Made by a program: the position numbers and the translations under genes
Origin: Chiloscyllium plagiosum
Taxonomy: Eukaryota
DNA length: 64,000 bases
Assembly (NCBI RefSeq): GCF_004010195.1
Contig: NC_057711.1
Span: 69,702,796 to 69,766,795 of the forward strand
Reading direction: 5' to 3'
Notes under the pieces: generated by a model
Told to the model about the DNA's origin: nothing
The model's input: only the letters and a program-made list of their open reading frames with translations
Database searches by the model: none
Shown here: piece by piece, positions 62,238 through 64,000 of the stretch
Position numbering within the stretch: the stretch's first letter is position 1
How the letters are laid out: each line of letters opens with the position of its first letter

Positions 62238-62417
62238 GGGCGGCACGGTGGCCCAGTGGTTAGCACTGCTGCCTCACAGCGCCTGTAGACCCGGGTTCAA
62301 TTCCCGACTCAGGCGACTGACTGTGTGGAGTTTGCACATTCTCCCCGTGTCTGCATGGGTTTCCTCCGGGTGCTCCGGTTTCCTCCCACAGTCCAAAGAT
62401 GTGCGGGTCAGGTGAAT
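62238..62417 (+). mobile_element. Young HE1/V-type tRNA-derived SINE, running into an assembly gap
   Basis: A box TGGCCCAGTGG; B box GGTTCAATTCC; V-domain-like tgtgtggagtttgcacattctccccgtgtctgcatgggtttcctccgggtgctccggtttcctcccacagtccaaagatgtgc. Confidence 0.88.
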
Positions 62418-62650
62418 NNNNNNNNNNNNNNNNNNNNNNNNNNNNNNNNNNNNNNNNNNNNNNNNNNNNNNNNNNNNNNNNNNNNNNNNNNNNNNNNNNN
62501 NNNNNNNNNNNNNNNNNNNNNNNNNNNNNNNNNNNNNNNNNNNNNNNNNNNNNNNNNNNNNNNNNNNNNNNNNNNNNNNNNNNNNNNNNNNNNNNNNNNN
62601 NNNNNNNNNNNNNNNNNNNNNNNNNNNNNNNNNNNNNNNNNNNNNNNNNN
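62418..62650. other. Assembly gap (233 N)
   Basis: N run. Confidence 1.
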
Positions 62651-63078
62651 CTACATCATAATTATTCACTATTATCTGTGCCATTAGTTCATCGGCTTTG
62701 TTATGTATGCTACGAGCATTCAGGTAAAGTGCCTTAATGCTAACTTCCTTATCATTAGAGATGTTGGAAGTCATATGTCCTAAGTTATCCTTGCTTTTTA
62801 CTGCATACTCAGTCTGCCTCAATTTTAAATCCGCCTGGAAACATTCTATCCTGCTGCTTATCTTGCCATTTACCTCCATACTCCCTGTTGCTTTCACTTT
62901 CCCTTCCCCCCAACTCAGAAGTTTAAAGTCCTACTGACCACCCTATTTATCCTCTTCGCTAGAACATTGGTACCTGATCGGTTCAGGTGGAGACTGTCCC
63001 AACGGTATAGATCCCCCCTGTTCCAAAACTGATGCCAATGCCCCATGAAGTGGAATCCCTCTTTCCCACACCAATCCA
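62651..63078 (-). mobile_element. CR1 LINE fragment spanning the ORF1-ORF2 junction and the start of the APE endonuclease
   Basis: IKALYLNARSIHNKADELMAQIIVNNYDV, typical of the APE N-terminus. Confidence 0.8.
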
Positions 63079-64000
63079 GGTGATATAATATTTATGCATG
63101 AGTTCCTTTAGAGCAGTGCATTATATGGACACAGAGCATGACTAATATGTTACTGAACCCCATTTTTCTGCCTTTTCCAATTTTTAAATCTTTCAATCCC
63201 TTTTACTAATCAAGAATTTATCAATCTTAAATTCACTCAGTGGCTTAACTTCTACAACCTTCAGTGAAGAAGTCCACAGATCAGCATCCCAGCTGAAGAT
63301 ATTCCTCATCTATGTTCTAAAGGGTCATCCCTTCACTTTGAGCTTGCACCGTTGGGTCCTAGTGTCTCCTATGAGTGAGCTATGTGGCCCATAGAAAATA
63401 GGAGTAGGCTGCTTGGTGCGTCAAGCCCCCTCTGCTGTTCAATAGGATTGTGGCTGATCCAACATTCCTCAACCCACTTTCCTGCCATTTGTCTAAATCT
63501 TTATTCCCTTACTGATCAAGAATCTATCTCTGCCTTGACTATACACGAGGATTCTGCCCCAAGTGTTCTGGTAAGGAGTTCTAAAGAATGTTAATCCTCA
63601 GATGAAATTGCTCACTTCAGCGTAAGGGAGTGTCAGTTAAGACTGAGACTATGCCCTATGATCTTAGACTCTGACATGACTCACCCCACTAATACTACAA
63701 TTCTATTTAAGGGAGGCAGAAAATAGTGAAACTATAGGCTGGCTAGCCTGACCTTAGTCACTGGCAAGATTTTGCACCTGTTATCATAGACCAGGTTGTG
63801 CAGTACCTAATATAGAATAGGGTGGAGTCAGCCCTATTTCATCAAGGGCAGGTCATGCTGCCAAATCTGTTGGAATTCTTTTGAGTAATGAGCAAGTTAG
63901 AAAAAGGCAAGCCAGTGGATGTAATCTGTTCAGGTGCTGTACAGGATGCTGCTGAATAAGATGAGGCCATGGTATTAGGGGCCCAATACTGGAATGAATG

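Noticed and set aside
62238..62310. tRNA gene
   Set aside because: Has A and B boxes but continues into a SINE body, and related copies occur elsewhere in the window.
1..64000. Prokaryotic systems (CRISPR, operons, defence islands), rRNA, intronic snoRNA
   Set aside because: The sequence is a spliced vertebrate locus. I saw no regularly spaced repeats, rRNA motifs or convincing C/D or H/ACA structures; an Infernal/Rfam scan would be needed to exclude small RNAs.

Overview
Eukaryotic vertebrate DNA. The repeat content (HE1/V-type SINEs, CR1 and L2 LINEs, Penelope-like elements) points to a cartilaginous fish, probably a shark; this is an inference. The window holds one complete protein-coding gene on the + strand, sorting nexin-2 (SNX2; PX and BAR domains). 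I traced 15 constitutive coding exons by hand from ATG 6668 to TGA 58485. All introns are GT-AG, phases are consistent, and the CDS is 1566 nt (521 aa). The gene has a CpG-rich promoter and a poly(A) signal at 58906. Most ORF-track entries are noise or retroelement fragments. Highlights: (1) a candidate 12-nt in-frame microexon (EIEE, 46068-46079) in the 15-kb intron 12, with an SRRM3/4-type UGC enhancer, which would add an acidic helical turn near the BAR-domain tip; (2) a Penelope-like retroelement system: one 2.5-kb RT + GIY-YIG copy with a 12-bp TSD and about a dozen short, often fold-back, TSD-flanked terminal-repeat insertions carrying minimal hammerhead ribozyme cores from at least two covarying families, including a tandem pair; (3) a tRNA-SINE-head/CR1-tail chimera; (4) a perfect 79-bp inverted repeat; (5) a symmetric CRE/E-box/CRE plus CLEAR-like promoter module. 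There are two assembly gaps. LINE and SINE boundaries are approximate, and repeat-family names come from recalled motifs, not from a search.
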